Shown piece by piece: positions 41,921 through 52,489 of a stretch of DNA of 64,000 bases. Below the pieces are notes generated by a model. It was not told the DNA's origin. It ran no database searches and saw only the letters and a program-made list of their open reading frames with translations. The DNA is taken from the NCBI GenBank assembly GCA_963703315.1, contig OY969811.1, forward strand, positions 4,064,001 to 4,128,000, written 5' to 3'. How positions within the stretch are numbered: the first letter of the stretch is position 1; each line of letters begins with the position of its first letter. A program made the position numbers and the translations under genes. This stretch comes from an uncultured cyanobacterium. GTDB taxonomy: Bacteria; Cyanobacteriota; Cyanobacteriia; Pseudanabaenales; Pseudanabaenaceae.

Positions 41921-43360
41921 ATGAGTAACTGCCTTTGTCTTGCTTGCGATCGCTCAAACTCAATAACCACCAAATTCTGCACCCAATGCGGCGCTAAGTT
42001 ACAAATTCAAGAGCGTTATCGGGCTTTGAAGGTAATCGGACAGGGGGGATTTGGTAAAACTTTCTTGGCTCAGGATGAGTCGAAGCCATCACAGCCGCGT
42101 TGTGTGATTAAGCAATTTGCCTTTGAAACGATTAATCCTAATGCGAGTCAAGGGACTTTGGATGTCGCCATCAGGTTGTTTGAGCAGGAGGCAAAGCGTC
42201 TCGATGATTTGGGTAAGCATCCGCAAATTCCTGAACTTCTATCTTTTACAATCCATGAGGGTAAACAGTACCTCATCCAAGAGTTTATCGATGGTGAGAC
42301 TTTGGAGCAGGAGTTAACGCGAGTTGGCGCTTTTAGTGAGCAGCAGGTGCGGGATGTGTTGGTGGAGGTGCTGCAAATCTTAGAGTTTGTGCATGGCAAG
42401 TTGGTAATTCATCGCGATATTTCGCCAGACAATATCATTCGGCGGCGTAGCGATCAAAAGTTGGTGCTGGTAGATTTTGGGGCAGCAAAACACGCAACGG
42501 CGACGTTATTGGCAAAGACGGGGACGGGCATCGGGAAGGCGAGTTATGGCGCTCCTGAGCAAATGTTGGGTAAGTCGGTGTTTCAGAGTGATTTGTTTGG
42601 GTTGGGTGTGACTTGTTTGCATTTGCTCACAAATGTGGAACCGTTTACTCTCTATGACGTTTTGGAAAATGAATATCAATGGCGACAGTTTTTGAATGGG
42701 AAAGTGGTTAGCGATGAGTTTGGGAAGCTATTGGATCGGTTGACTTCTTACAGGGTCAAGGAAAGACCCAATTCGGTTGCGGATGCTTTGCAGGATTTGG
42801 GAATTAAAACCTCATTGGTGAATATTGCATTGCAATCTAAAGTTCCAAATACTAATGCTTTAATTCAAAATTCGAGTAAATCTTCTATTAGTCTAATATC
42901 TGCTAAAGGCATTGACTATCATGAATTAGAGAAATTGTTGATAGCAAATGAATGGCGTAAAGCAGATGAACTAACATCTAGATTATTACTGCAAGCGATA
43001 GGACGTGTAAAAAAACGACTTCTCAATATCGAAGATATTAAAAATTTTCCTCGTGAAGATTTTCATACCATTGATCAGTTATGGTTGCATTACAGCAATG
43101 GCAAATTTGGGTTTAGTGTTCAGATTGGTCTATGGCTGCGATGTGGTGGTCAAGTTGATCGATATGATTATGAAGTTTGGCAAAAATTTGCATCAAAAGT
43201 TGGCTGGTATAATTCACAAAATTCAACTTGGAGGACGTATTCTCAATTTATGCGATCCACTAAAAATGCCCAAAATGCTTGTTTAGCCAGCCTTCCCTGT
43301 ATATACACAGTTTTAGGTTTAAAAGGAAGAAATTGCCTGTTTTCTCGGAAAGACCTGTAA
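41921..43360 (+). CDS. Ser/Thr protein kinase with 4-Cys N-terminus and C-terminal GUN4-like domain
   Basis: CLAC..FCTQCG, GQGGFG, HRDISPDN, DFG, APE; GUN4-like DYHELEKLL..WRKAD..IDQLW..SNGKFGFSVQ. Confidence 0.9.
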   Translation: MSNCLCLACDRSNSITTKFCTQCGAKLQIQERYRALKVIGQGGFGKTFLAQDESKPSQPRCVIKQFAFETINPNASQGTLDVAIRLFEQEAKRLDDLGKHPQIPELLSFTIHEGKQYLIQEFIDGETLEQELTRVGAFSEQQVRDVLVEVLQILEFVHGKLVIHRDISPDNIIRRRSDQKLVLVDFGAAKHATATLLAKTGTGIGKASYGAPEQMLGKSVFQSDLFGLGVTCLHLLTNVEPFTLYDVLENEYQWRQFLNGKVVSDEFGKLLDRLTSYRVKERPNSVADALQDLGIKTSLVNIALQSKVPNTNALIQNSSKSSISLISAKGIDYHELEKLLIANEWRKADELTSRLLLQAIGRVKKRLLNIEDIKNFPREDFHTIDQLWLHYSNGKFGFSVQIGLWLRCGGQVDRYDYEVWQKFASKVGWYNSQNSTWRTYSQFMRSTKNAQNACLASLPCIYTVLGLKGRNCLFSRKDL

Positions 43361-43380
43361 AAAATTCAATAATATCTGTC

Positions 43381-43621
43381 GTAGGGGCAGAGCATTACCG
43401 CCACAATTTATGAATTCTGCAATCATCTCAAATTGGGAATGCTCTGCCCTTAACCTCCAACATTCACCGAAAATCCCGAAAATCCCTAAGCGATCGCCAT
43501 TCACCGAAAATCTCTAAACCGCAGAGATAAGCGATCTATAAAAGCAAAGAGGGTAGAGCATTTGCGAATGCAGATTGTAGTGGAGAGTTGCGAGATAGTG
43601 GCGCAAATGCTCTACCCCTAC
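43381..43621. repeat. Composite GTAG-REP/REPIN-like doublet (unit B 43381-43450, unit A 43550-43621), inverted relative to 4322-4541
   Basis: GTAGGGGCAGAGCATT...AATGCTCTGCCCT and AGGGTAGAGCATTTGCG...CGCAAATGCTCTACCCCTAC. Confidence 0.8.
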
Positions 43622-43667
43622 AAATATTTTTCTTTTTACCTTTTCCTTGAAATGCAAAATTTTAAAA

Positions 43668-43766
43668 ATGAAGCTGACTCCATACTTTGAAAGAATAGTT
43701 CTCAACAAACGTTTAGAGATTAATCTAGATTGGTGCGATCTAGAAAGAGAAGGAAGACAAATATGA
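43668..43766 (+). pseudogene. Truncated putative toxin gene coupled to the DUF2283 gene
   Basis: MKLTPYFERIVLNKRLEINLDWCDLEREGRQI* (32 aa), ATGA overlap with the DUF2283 start. Confidence 0.5.
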
Positions 43767-43981
43767 AAATCCATTACTTTGCAGATACAGATACACTCTT
43801 TATTGAACTTAGCGATCGCCCTAGTGTTAGAACTGAAGAAATTAATGAACTAGTAACCGTAGACTTTGACATAGAGGAAAAATTAGTGGGAATTACCATT
43901 GAGTCAGCACGAAATCAAGTTGATCTCAATTCAATTAATATTTTGACCAACCTAGAACTTAAAACACTGCAACCTGCTTAA
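43763..43981 (+). CDS. DUF2283 family protein (putative antitoxin)
   Basis: MKIHYFADTDTLFIEL...VDFD..EKLVGITIESA. Confidence 0.8.
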   Translation: MKIHYFADTDTLFIELSDRPSVRTEEINELVTVDFDIEEKLVGITIESARNQVDLNSINILTNLELKTLQPA

Positions 43982-44007
43982 AACGCTCTATTGGCAGAAG
44001 AATAACC

Positions 44008-44046
44008 ATGAAAGTTAAATACGATGCAGAAGCAGATATTCTCATT
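44008..44046 (+). pseudogene. N-terminal fragment of a second DUF2283-like gene
   Basis: MKVKYDAEADILI, then runs into the chlP terminator hairpin. Confidence 0.55.
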
Positions 44047-44108
44047 AAAAAAAGACTGGTGCAGCGAGTAAATCTCACCGCACCAGTCTTTAGCTTTCTA
44101 GTCTTTTG

Positions 44109-45329
44109 TTAAGGCGCTAGAGCATTGCCTCTGAGCAAGCTACCGATCGTCTTAAAGGTAATCTTCAACTGAGTCAAAGGATTCGCTGGCACAACGGTTT
44201 TGTAGAGATAGCTATCAAAGGTCAGCTTCTGCACATCCTTGTCCGCGCACATTTCTACGAATGCTTCACGAGTAGCATTTGTGGCATAAAACACATTCTG
44301 AAGAATGTCTAAAACCTTGTAGGTCAGTCCATACTGCTTGTCCCAACGCTTGATATATACCTTGAGATCAGCTTCAGTGGGGATACGTTTACCTGCTTCG
44401 GCAAACTCAACGATCGCCTCAGCACACATCCGACCAGATTTCGCCGCAAAGTAAATACCTTCGCCACTGGACTTGGTAACATAGCCTGCTGCATCGCCAA
44501 CGAGGGCAATCCGCCCCACCACGCGGCGAGGACGGGGATGCTCAGGAATGGGGTGAGCTTCGACTTTGATTACTTCACCGCCTTCGATGCGGGGCAACGC
44601 ACGGGCGCGAATACCCGCTTGCAATTGCTTGATCAGGCGTTGGTTTTTGTGCATTGTGCCAGTACCAACGGCAACGTGATCGTATTTAGGGAAAACCCAT
44701 GCGTAGAAATCGGGCGAAACATCATCGCCAACATACATTTCCGCAAGGTCTTTGTAATATTCCATTTTGTCGGGAGAAATGCGAATGCGCTCTTGGAAGG
44801 CGATCGCATAGTTGTAGTCACCTGCATCCATTGCTTTGGCTACTACCGAGTTAGCACCATCAGCACCGATAATGATGTCGATTTCAAGGGTACGCATTAC
44901 ACCCTCGTTACCACCTTCGGCAAAGTCGGAGTAGGTGATCACGTAGGGCTGGTTGCCATTGTTGTTGATTTTGATATCAAGGACGCGACCGTTAATTAGT
45001 TTTGCACCAAGGCTAGCTGCACGATTGCGTAAAAAAGCATCTAAAATTTCGCGGCGACACATACCGATATATTCATCGGGATTGTCTAATTTAATGTCTA
45101 CTTCCACATTGCTGGGAGAGATCATTTTCATATTACGGACGCGGCGATCGATAATTTCAGGAGGCAACTCAAATTCGGAAACCATACATAGAGGAATTGC
45201 TCCACCGCAGGGTTTGGCGTTGTCTAGCTTACGCTCAAATATGTAGGTCTCAATTCCTGCTTTGGCAAGTGTTTCAGCCGCACAAGAACCCGCAGGTCCG
45301 CCGCCTACAACAGCAACTCGTAATGTCAA
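44109..45329 (-). CDS. chlP: Geranylgeranyl reductase
   Basis: VAVVGGGPAG, AKPCGGAIP, GDAAGYVTKSSGEGIYFA. Confidence 0.97.
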   Translation of the reverse strand: MTLRVAVVGGGPAGSCAAETLAKAGIETYIFERKLDNAKPCGGAIPLCMVSEFELPPEIIDRRVRNMKMISPSNVEVDIKLDNPDEYIGMCRREILDAFLRNRAASLGAKLINGRVLDIKINNNGNQPYVITYSDFAEGGNEGVMRTLEIDIIIGADGANSVVAKAMDAGDYNYAIAFQERIRISPDKMEYYKDLAEMYVGDDVSPDFYAWVFPKYDHVAVGTGTMHKNQRLIKQLQAGIRARALPRIEGGEVIKVEAHPIPEHPRPRRVVGRIALVGDAAGYVTKSSGEGIYFAAKSGRMCAEAIVEFAEAGKRIPTEADLKVYIKRWDKQYGLTYKVLDILQNVFYATNATREAFVEMCADKDVQKLTFDSYLYKTVVPANPLTQLKITFKTIGSLLRGNALAP

Positions 45330-45678
45330 AATGCGCTCCTAAAGCTTTATTTAATCAAGGTTTAACTTTTTGGATGTTAGCATTGCCTCTAGAGCGATCG
45401 GGGCAAAATTGATGAATATTAACATTTGTATTGTTTTGTGTATTGATAGCGATCGCCCCTAATCCCCAAAAAACTGATTTATTTGTGGTGCGATTTTGCT
45501 TCGTCACAAATAAATCGTTTCTTTATTAAAAGCGCATTTGATTGTATGGTTACTTGCAATTTTACGATTACTATAACCTCCCCCAATCAAGCGCAATACT
45601 TCCATAACGCCTCCAGACTGATGTTACGATTGTCATGGATGCAAACTTTGACGGTTAGTTCTCTCTAATTGAATTTCT

Positions 45679-46701
45679 ATGGCTCGAAAATCCAAAGCCG
45701 CTAATCCTGCTGACTCTTCTAAAAATGAACTTGGACTTTCTGATCTGCGGGTTCGCCTTAACTTTTTGGAAAAGGAAAACGATAAACTAATTAAGCAAAT
45801 TGAGTCTAGTCGTACTAAGTTAAATAAGCTGAACGATAGCATTCAGGAAGTTGGAATTGAACTCACGCAGCGTGTAGCCCCTTTCCGTCAAAAGATCATA
45901 GAACTTGATCAGCAAATTCATCAAGTCTTTAAGGAAATCTTTGCGGGCAGGAAGCTTGGCAAGAAGTCTCGCAAAGATATTGAGTCGGTTTACTATCATC
46001 TCCAAGTTAATGGTTTGCTCAGTCCAAATCCTATTTCCTTTGGTGATGAGATACTAGATGATCCTGAAGAAGAGGATTGGCAAGAGCATCAAAATCATCA
46101 TAAAAAGCAATCTCATCGTGAAGTTTTGGAAGATATTGCCAAGCCCGATCGCGATGAACTTAAAAAGATTCGCCAGCTTTTCTTGCGCTTAGCTGAAAGT
46201 TTTCATCCCGATAAGGTGACAGATGCGGCTGAAAAGGAATATCGGACTGAGATTATGAAGGAAATTAATCTGGCTTATCAAAATGGTGATTTGGCTAGGT
46301 TACTGGCGATCGAAAAGCAGCAAGAATTGGAGGCAGTGATCGATCGCGATAGTTCGGATGATCTGACTCGCCATTGTGCCAAGGTAGAGTCCGAAAATGC
46401 TTTTCTCAAAGAACAATTGGCAACTCTCAAGCAACAATTAAAACTCACGAAAAAGAGTCAACAAGGCGAAATCACTACCGTTTTCAAGAAAATGGCTAAG
46501 TATGGTGGTGATCCGATCAGTGAGGCTTTGCGTGAGGTGGAAGCTCATGTCACGGTGGTTGAACAAGTGCATCGGTTTGTGCTGGACTTCCGCGATCGCC
46601 GCCTCACGATCAAAGAGTTTTTACAAGGTCCTGAAGTTCTAAGACAACAACAAATGTCAGAAGAAGAGTTAATGTTGGAATTTTTATCGCAATTTCAGTA
46701 A
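45679..46701 (+). CDS. Coiled-coil J-domain protein
   Basis: LFLRLAESFHPDK...MKEINLAY J-domain flanked by coiled coils. Confidence 0.82.
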   Translation: MARKSKAANPADSSKNELGLSDLRVRLNFLEKENDKLIKQIESSRTKLNKLNDSIQEVGIELTQRVAPFRQKIIELDQQIHQVFKEIFAGRKLGKKSRKDIESVYYHLQVNGLLSPNPISFGDEILDDPEEEDWQEHQNHHKKQSHREVLEDIAKPDRDELKKIRQLFLRLAESFHPDKVTDAAEKEYRTEIMKEINLAYQNGDLARLLAIEKQQELEAVIDRDSSDDLTRHCAKVESENAFLKEQLATLKQQLKLTKKSQQGEITTVFKKMAKYGGDPISEALREVEAHVTVVEQVHRFVLDFRDRRLTIKEFLQGPEVLRQQQMSEEELMLEFLSQFQ

Positions 46702-46717
46702 ATTTTGCCTAAAGCTA

Positions 46718-46768
46718 AAGCCCCAGAGAGAGTGGCGGCGCTTTGCGCCGCCACTCTCTCTGGGGCTT
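46718..46768. repeat. Long GC-core hairpin repeat (family also at about 11995, 35135, 39945, 50273, 53737, 55891, 61440)
   Basis: AAGCCCCAGAGAGAGTGGCGGCGC-TTT-GCGCCGCCACTCTCTCTGGGGCTT. Confidence 0.8.
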
Positions 46769-46870
46769 AAACACAAAGTGCTGTCGAACTTACGCAAGAG
46801 TCATCGTGATAATCCAGTAAAAATAGGTTTTGCTTGCGTTAAACTGATTAGCGTCCCTCAACTCGTAGTT

Positions 46871-48997
46871 ATGGCAAGTTTTCTGTTAGAAGTTGGTACT
46901 GAAGAACTACCCGCTAGTTTTATTGTTGATGCTTTGCGCCAATGGCAAGAGCGCATCCCGAAAAATTTAGATGAACACCAACTAACTACGAGCAAAGTCA
47001 GTGTGTATGGTACACCCCGTCGTTTGGCGGTGCTAATCGAAGGTTTACCAAAACAACAGAGCGATCGCAGTTTAGAGCTTAAAGGTCCCGCCGTAGGTTC
47101 TGCCTTTGTAAATGGCGATCCACAGGGTGAGCCGACCAAAGCTTTGTTAGGTTTTGCCAAGTCCAAAGGGATTGACCTCAAGGATATTTTTATTAAGGAA
47201 ACCGATAAGGGTGCGTTTGTATTTGCGAATCAGCAAATTATTGGGCGTGAGACGACTGAAATTTTGCAAGAGCTAGCCCCTACTTGGATTACGGGCTTAG
47301 AAGGTAAACGTTTAATGCGTTGGGGTAACGGAGATCTTAAGTTTCCCCGTCCAATTCGTTGGTTAGTATCTTTATTTGATTCCAAAATTTTGCCGATCGC
47401 TTTAGAAAATGTGCAGAGCGATCGCATTAGTCAAGGACATCGAGTATTACATCCGCGATCGGTGATTATTGACACTGCTAAAGATTATGTTGAAAGTTTG
47501 CGCGAAGCCTTCGTTTTAGTTGATGGCAAAGAACGTCAGGCACATATCCTCACGCAAATGAATAGCATTGTGGAATTGTTTGGTGGTAAAGCCGAGATTC
47601 CTGAAGACTTATTAGAGGAAGTTACTTATTTAGTCGAATTTCCGACGGCTGTGATCGGTGAATTTGAGCGCGAGTTTTTAGACCTGCCTCAGCCCGTAAT
47701 TAAAACCGAGATGGTTAGCCATCAGCGCTATTTCCCCGTACATTCAGCAAAAAATCCTGATCAATTACTCCCCCGTTTCATTACGATTTCCAATGGTGAT
47801 CCCAATAAGTCACGGTTAATTGCATCGGGTAATGGTCGGGTCATTCGAGCGCGTCTCTCCGATGGCAAATTTTTCTACGATAGCGATCGTGCGGTACATC
47901 TCGAAACTTTCTTGCCGCTTTTAGAAAAAGTCACTTTCCAAGCCCAGCTAGGCTCGGTTGCCGAAAAGGTAGAACGCATCAGGGCGATCGCCAAGTTAGT
48001 AGTTAACGCGATCGCCAATTTAAAAGTTACTGAGGCTGAGCAGGTACTCATTGATCGCACAGCGCAACTAGCCAAAGCCGATCTCGTCACCCAGATGGTT
48101 AAGGAGTTCCCCGAACTGCAAGGTCAGATGGGTTATTACTATGCACTCGCTAGTGAAGAACCAGTGACAGTTGCAACGGGCATTCGGGAGCATTATCAAC
48201 CGAAAGGTGCAGGAGATGCCCTACCCATTTCTTTGACGGGCAAAATTGTGGCGATTAGCGATCGCATTGATACGTTAGTTGGCATTTTTGGATTAGGGAT
48301 TATTCCGACAGGTTCTTCTGATCCCTTTGCACTGCGTCGTGCTGCTACGGGAGTTGTGCAGATCGTATGGGAAAGCGGATTTGCTCTCGACTTGCCGAAA
48401 CTATTACAAGCGGCGATCGCCATTTATGCCGAAAAGAATTTACTAACGCAACCTGCGGAAACGGTGCTGGAAAACCTCTATAAATGGTTTAAGCAACGTT
48501 GCGACACGATTTTGTCAGAGCAGGGTGTTGAATACGATCTCGTTGATGCAGTTACAGGTACAGACGATCTCGCCTACACCTTAAAAAGTTTGAGCAATCT
48601 TACCCGCATTAAAGAACGCGCTCATTTCTTGCAACAGTCTCGCGAAAGTGCCACTCTTAGCACTATCTATGAGCCAATTGTTAGGGCTTCGCGTCTTGCG
48701 GTGCAGGGCAATCTCGATAACTCGACCGTTGATGTCAAGTCAGTGATTGATGCTGATGCCATAGCTGAACCTGCGGAACGTGATTTGTATCAGGCGATCG
48801 CGGCATTGCCTAGTCAACCTAGTGATGAGCAGTTAATGGAAGGAATTAAGGCGATCGCGCCAGTTCTAGCTAAATTTTTTGATGATGTGCTAGTGATGGC
48901 AGAAGATCCCCAAGTACGCCAAAATCGACTTAACCTGCTGGGCATTATCCGCAACTACAGCCGTCAGCTAGCTGACTTTAGCTCAATTCTCAAATAA
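46871..48997 (+). CDS. glyS: Glycine-tRNA ligase beta subunit (ATG at 46871)
   Basis: FLLEVGTEELPA, TPRRLA, MRWG..FPRPIRW, EFPELQG, GSSDPFALRR, NRLNLL. Confidence 0.96.
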   Translation: MASFLLEVGTEELPASFIVDALRQWQERIPKNLDEHQLTTSKVSVYGTPRRLAVLIEGLPKQQSDRSLELKGPAVGSAFVNGDPQGEPTKALLGFAKSKGIDLKDIFIKETDKGAFVFANQQIIGRETTEILQELAPTWITGLEGKRLMRWGNGDLKFPRPIRWLVSLFDSKILPIALENVQSDRISQGHRVLHPRSVIIDTAKDYVESLREAFVLVDGKERQAHILTQMNSIVELFGGKAEIPEDLLEEVTYLVEFPTAVIGEFEREFLDLPQPVIKTEMVSHQRYFPVHSAKNPDQLLPRFITISNGDPNKSRLIASGNGRVIRARLSDGKFFYDSDRAVHLETFLPLLEKVTFQAQLGSVAEKVERIRAIAKLVVNAIANLKVTEAEQVLIDRTAQLAKADLVTQMVKEFPELQGQMGYYYALASEEPVTVATGIREHYQPKGAGDALPISLTGKIVAISDRIDTLVGIFGLGIIPTGSSDPFALRRAATGVVQIVWESGFALDLPKLLQAAIAIYAEKNLLTQPAETVLENLYKWFKQRCDTILSEQGVEYDLVDAVTGTDDLAYTLKSLSNLTRIKERAHFLQQSRESATLSTIYEPIVRASRLAVQGNLDNSTVDVKSVIDADAIAEPAERDLYQAIAALPSQPSDEQLMEGIKAIAPVLAKFFDDVLVMAEDPQVRQNRLNLLGIIRNYSRQLADFSSILK

Positions 48998-49407
48998 AAA
49001 ATGAGCGCTTAGCACCCTTTTTTAGCATCCCTCATTGATTGAATTTTCATATCAAAAACTAGTCTGTGATTATGACTGTGGATGATATTAAAAAAACTTA
49101 TAAAAAAAATTAAAATACAAACGAAAACTCATCATTTTATGGACTTACTAAAACACCTATAATCCTTGCTAGAAAAGAATTATAGGTGTTTAAAAGGGAT
49201 TAAAAGTGATCGATAACTATCACCTATAACTAATGATAGAAATAAAAAGCTAGTTGTTCGCTAGGATGCCAAGAGCGATATGATTCGTTTTGATACCCTT
49301 GTGGGTGATTGAAATAAACGTAACTTGGCTGAGTGCCTTTACTTGGGTACAACTTCAAGACCTCGTTTATTTTTTTGGCTGCAATCTTTAAGAGGTTTAT
49401 TACATAC

Positions 49408-49707
49408 ATGGCTACCTACAAAGTAAGACTGATTAACGAAGCTGAAGGTCTAGATAAGACTATCGAAGTTCCTTCTGACGAGTACATTCTTGACGTTGCC
49501 GAAGCTCAAGGCATCGATCTTCCTTACTCTTGCCGCGCTGGTGCTTGCTCTTCTTGTGCAGGTAAAATCGTTAAGGGTGAGATTGATCAAGGCGATCAGT
49601 CCTTCTTGGATGACGATCAAATCGAAGCTGGCTACGCACTTCTTTGCGTAACCTATGCTCAGTCTGATTGTGAAATCTTGACCCACCAAGAAGAAGCTCT
49701 CTACTAA
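49408..49707 (+). CDS. petF: Plant-type [2Fe-2S] ferredoxin, copy 1
   Basis: [33 protein letters not shown] at 49408. Confidence 0.95.
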   Translation: MATYKVRLINEAEGLDKTIEVPSDEYILDVAEAQGIDLPYSCRAGACSSCAGKIVKGEIDQGDQSFLDDDQIEAGYALLCVTYAQSDCEILTHQEEALY

Positions 49708-49752
49708 AAGCTTCTCTGTATTAAACAAGTACAAATATTTTAAAAGCTCTGA

Positions 49753-50166
<414 letters not shown>

Positions 50167-50386
50167 GTAGCTTTTCGATATTTGTGGCTTGTGCTGCCCG
50201 CTTAGCGGGTAGCACAAGCTTATAAAAAGCTCTGATCGCTAGCTAATGAGGTTTAGTGATCGGGGCTTTTTTAAAGAACCAGATTTTTTGTGGCGCGGCT
50301 TTGCCGCGCCACAAAAAATCTGGTTCTTTAGTTGTAATTTGATGTTACATTTTTCAAAATCCAAATTGTAAGGGTCAGTACCAATT

Positions 50387-52111
50387 TTGTCGGGCAACGA
50401 AGAAGAAAAGATCGTCATAGAACCTCAAGAATCACCAGCCTCTCAGCAATCGACGAAGCGATCGCTACTGAATATCGCGACGATTGTGGCGATCGCCACG
50501 TTATTGAGCAAAATATTTGGATTACTGCGTCAAGTGGCGATCGCGGCGGCTTTTGGTAACGGTACTGCCTATGGTGCTTACAACTTTGCCTATGTGATCC
50601 CCGGATTTTTATTGATCTTGCTGGGCGGCATTAATGGACCTTTTCATAGCGCGATCGTGAGTGTTTTGGCAAAACGCGATCGCAAAGAAGTTGCTGCCAT
50701 CATCGATAGCATCACTACCATCGTGACAGGGATTTTATTGCTGGTGAGCATTGCGCTGGTAATTTTTGCTGAGCCATTGATGCATCTGGTTGCCCCTGGA
50801 TTATTTATTCCTGAAGCAGATTTACTTGCTAAAGGAATCAACCCTGAAACCATTCAAAATCTGAAGATCACTAAAGATATTGCGATCCAGCAGTTTCAGA
50901 TCATGGCTCCGATGGCAGTCTTAGCAGGACTAGTCGGGATCGGCTTTGGTGCTTTAAATGCTGCCGATGCTTATTGGTTACCCTCGGTCAGTCCCATATT
51001 TTCTAGCTTAACCGTCTTGATTGGCATCGGCGGCTTGTTTTGGACTATGGGCAGCAAAATCTTATTGCCAGAAAATGCCATGCTCGGCGGTGCTGTCCTC
51101 GCATGGTCAACTCTGGCAGGGGCAGTTTTGCAATGGTTAGTGCAGTTGCCTGTACAGATGAAAGCGGGCATGGGTGGATTTAAGCTGCGGTTTGACTTTC
51201 AACGTCCTGAAGTCAAAGAAGTAATGAAAATCATGATTCCTGCGACGTTCTCATCGGGGATGCTGCAAATTAATGTATGGACAGATTTGTTCTTTGCATC
51301 ATTTATCCCCAATGCGGCGGCGGCGGTGTCGGCAATGGGCTATGCAGGATTATTGGTACAAACGCCTTTGGGGATTTTGTCAAATGTGATTTTAGTCCCA
51401 TTGTTTCCTGTGCTGTCTAAGCTCACCGATCCTGAAAATTGGGGTGAATTAAAACAACGAATTCGTCAGGGCTTGATGCTGACAGCTTTAACGATGTTGC
51501 CGATTAGTGCGGTGATGGTGGCGCTAGCTTTGCCGATATCACAGGTAGTTTATGAGCGCTATGCTTTCGATGCCGAAGCTTCACAACTAACTGCTGTTGT
51601 TTTGATGGCTTACTCAGTCGGTATGTTTGTGTATTTAGGACGCGATGTGCTGGTACGGGTGTTTTATGCGCTTGGGGATGGTGACACACCTTTTAAAATC
51701 AGCATTGTTAATATTTTTCTCAATGGATTATTAGATTATTTTCTCGTTCAAAGATTTGGAGCCGCAGGACTAGTTTTAGCAACGGTCTTCGTGAATATGA
51801 TTTCCATGATTGTCATGATCTATATTCTCGATCGCCGTCTTAATGGAATGCCGCTAAAAAGTTGGAGCATCACTATATTGGGTTTAGTCATCGCCAGTGC
51901 GATCGCAGGTGGGGTAAGTTGGGGAAGCTATCACTTGCTTAGTCAGAATTTTGATAGCTTCGGTACATTGGCAAAATTTGGTGCAAAAGTAGGAGGCTTA
52001 GCGATCGCTAGTGGTGTTGGCTTCACTATTTTTGGCGCGATCGCCGTGCAAATGAAAATCCCTGAAATCAAAGCTTTAACCAATCAAATCAAGCGTCGCT
52101 TTGCAAAATAG
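50387..52111 (+). CDS. murJ: Lipid II flippase MurJ (MviN)
   Basis: LSKIFGLLRQ..IAAAFG, GGINGPFHSA, QINV..DLFFAS, RVFYALGD. Confidence 0.93.
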   Translation: MSGNEEEKIVIEPQESPASQQSTKRSLLNIATIVAIATLLSKIFGLLRQVAIAAAFGNGTAYGAYNFAYVIPGFLLILLGGINGPFHSAIVSVLAKRDRKEVAAIIDSITTIVTGILLLVSIALVIFAEPLMHLVAPGLFIPEADLLAKGINPETIQNLKITKDIAIQQFQIMAPMAVLAGLVGIGFGALNAADAYWLPSVSPIFSSLTVLIGIGGLFWTMGSKILLPENAMLGGAVLAWSTLAGAVLQWLVQLPVQMKAGMGGFKLRFDFQRPEVKEVMKIMIPATFSSGMLQINVWTDLFFASFIPNAAAAVSAMGYAGLLVQTPLGILSNVILVPLFPVLSKLTDPENWGELKQRIRQGLMLTALTMLPISAVMVALALPISQVVYERYAFDAEASQLTAVVLMAYSVGMFVYLGRDVLVRVFYALGDGDTPFKISIVNIFLNGLLDYFLVQRFGAAGLVLATVFVNMISMIVMIYILDRRLNGMPLKSWSITILGLVIASAIAGGVSWGSYHLLSQNFDSFGTLAKFGAKVGGLAIASGVGFTIFGAIAVQMKIPEIKALTNQIKRRFAK

Positions 52112-52146
52112 CAAAACAAAAAGGGGCTTCAGCCCCTTTTTGTTTT

Positions 52147-52452
52147 TTAAGTCGCACTGGCAGCATTAATGGCGATCGCATCGGAGATATAACAAACACC
52201 ACCAAATTTTTTAGTAACGGGCTTGAGCTTGTCAACTAAAGCCTTAGTTTTATCTTCCAGAAAGAAAGCAATCACATAGTCATTTTCCAACATACTCATA
52301 TCGAGATCGCCTGAATTAGTACCACTTACGCCCTTGCCAACGACATTGCGAATCACGGTGTAATTCAAAACTCCAACTTTTTCTAAAACCTTAATGATTT
52401 TGTGGGATTCAACAGAATCAGATACAATTTCGATTCTTTTAACAGCTTGCAT
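52147..52452 (-). CDS. sbtB: PII-like SbtB protein
   Basis: KRIEIV, YTVIRNVVGKG, FGGVCYISD; downstream of sbtA. Confidence 0.85.
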   Translation of the reverse strand: MQAVKRIEIVSDSVESHKIIKVLEKVGVLNYTVIRNVVGKGVSGTNSGDLDMSMLENDYVIAFFLEDKTKALVDKLKPVTKKFGGVCYISDAIAINAASAT

Positions 52453-52489
52453 GATTTTTTCTACTAAATTCTTACTAAAATTGAATTGT

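Noticed and set aside
46778..46870. N-terminal extensions in the ORF track (glyS, pheA, petF copies, ftsH, 39899 ORF)
   Set aside because: They begin in repeats or UTRs upstream of the conserved N-termini; downstream ATGs were chosen.
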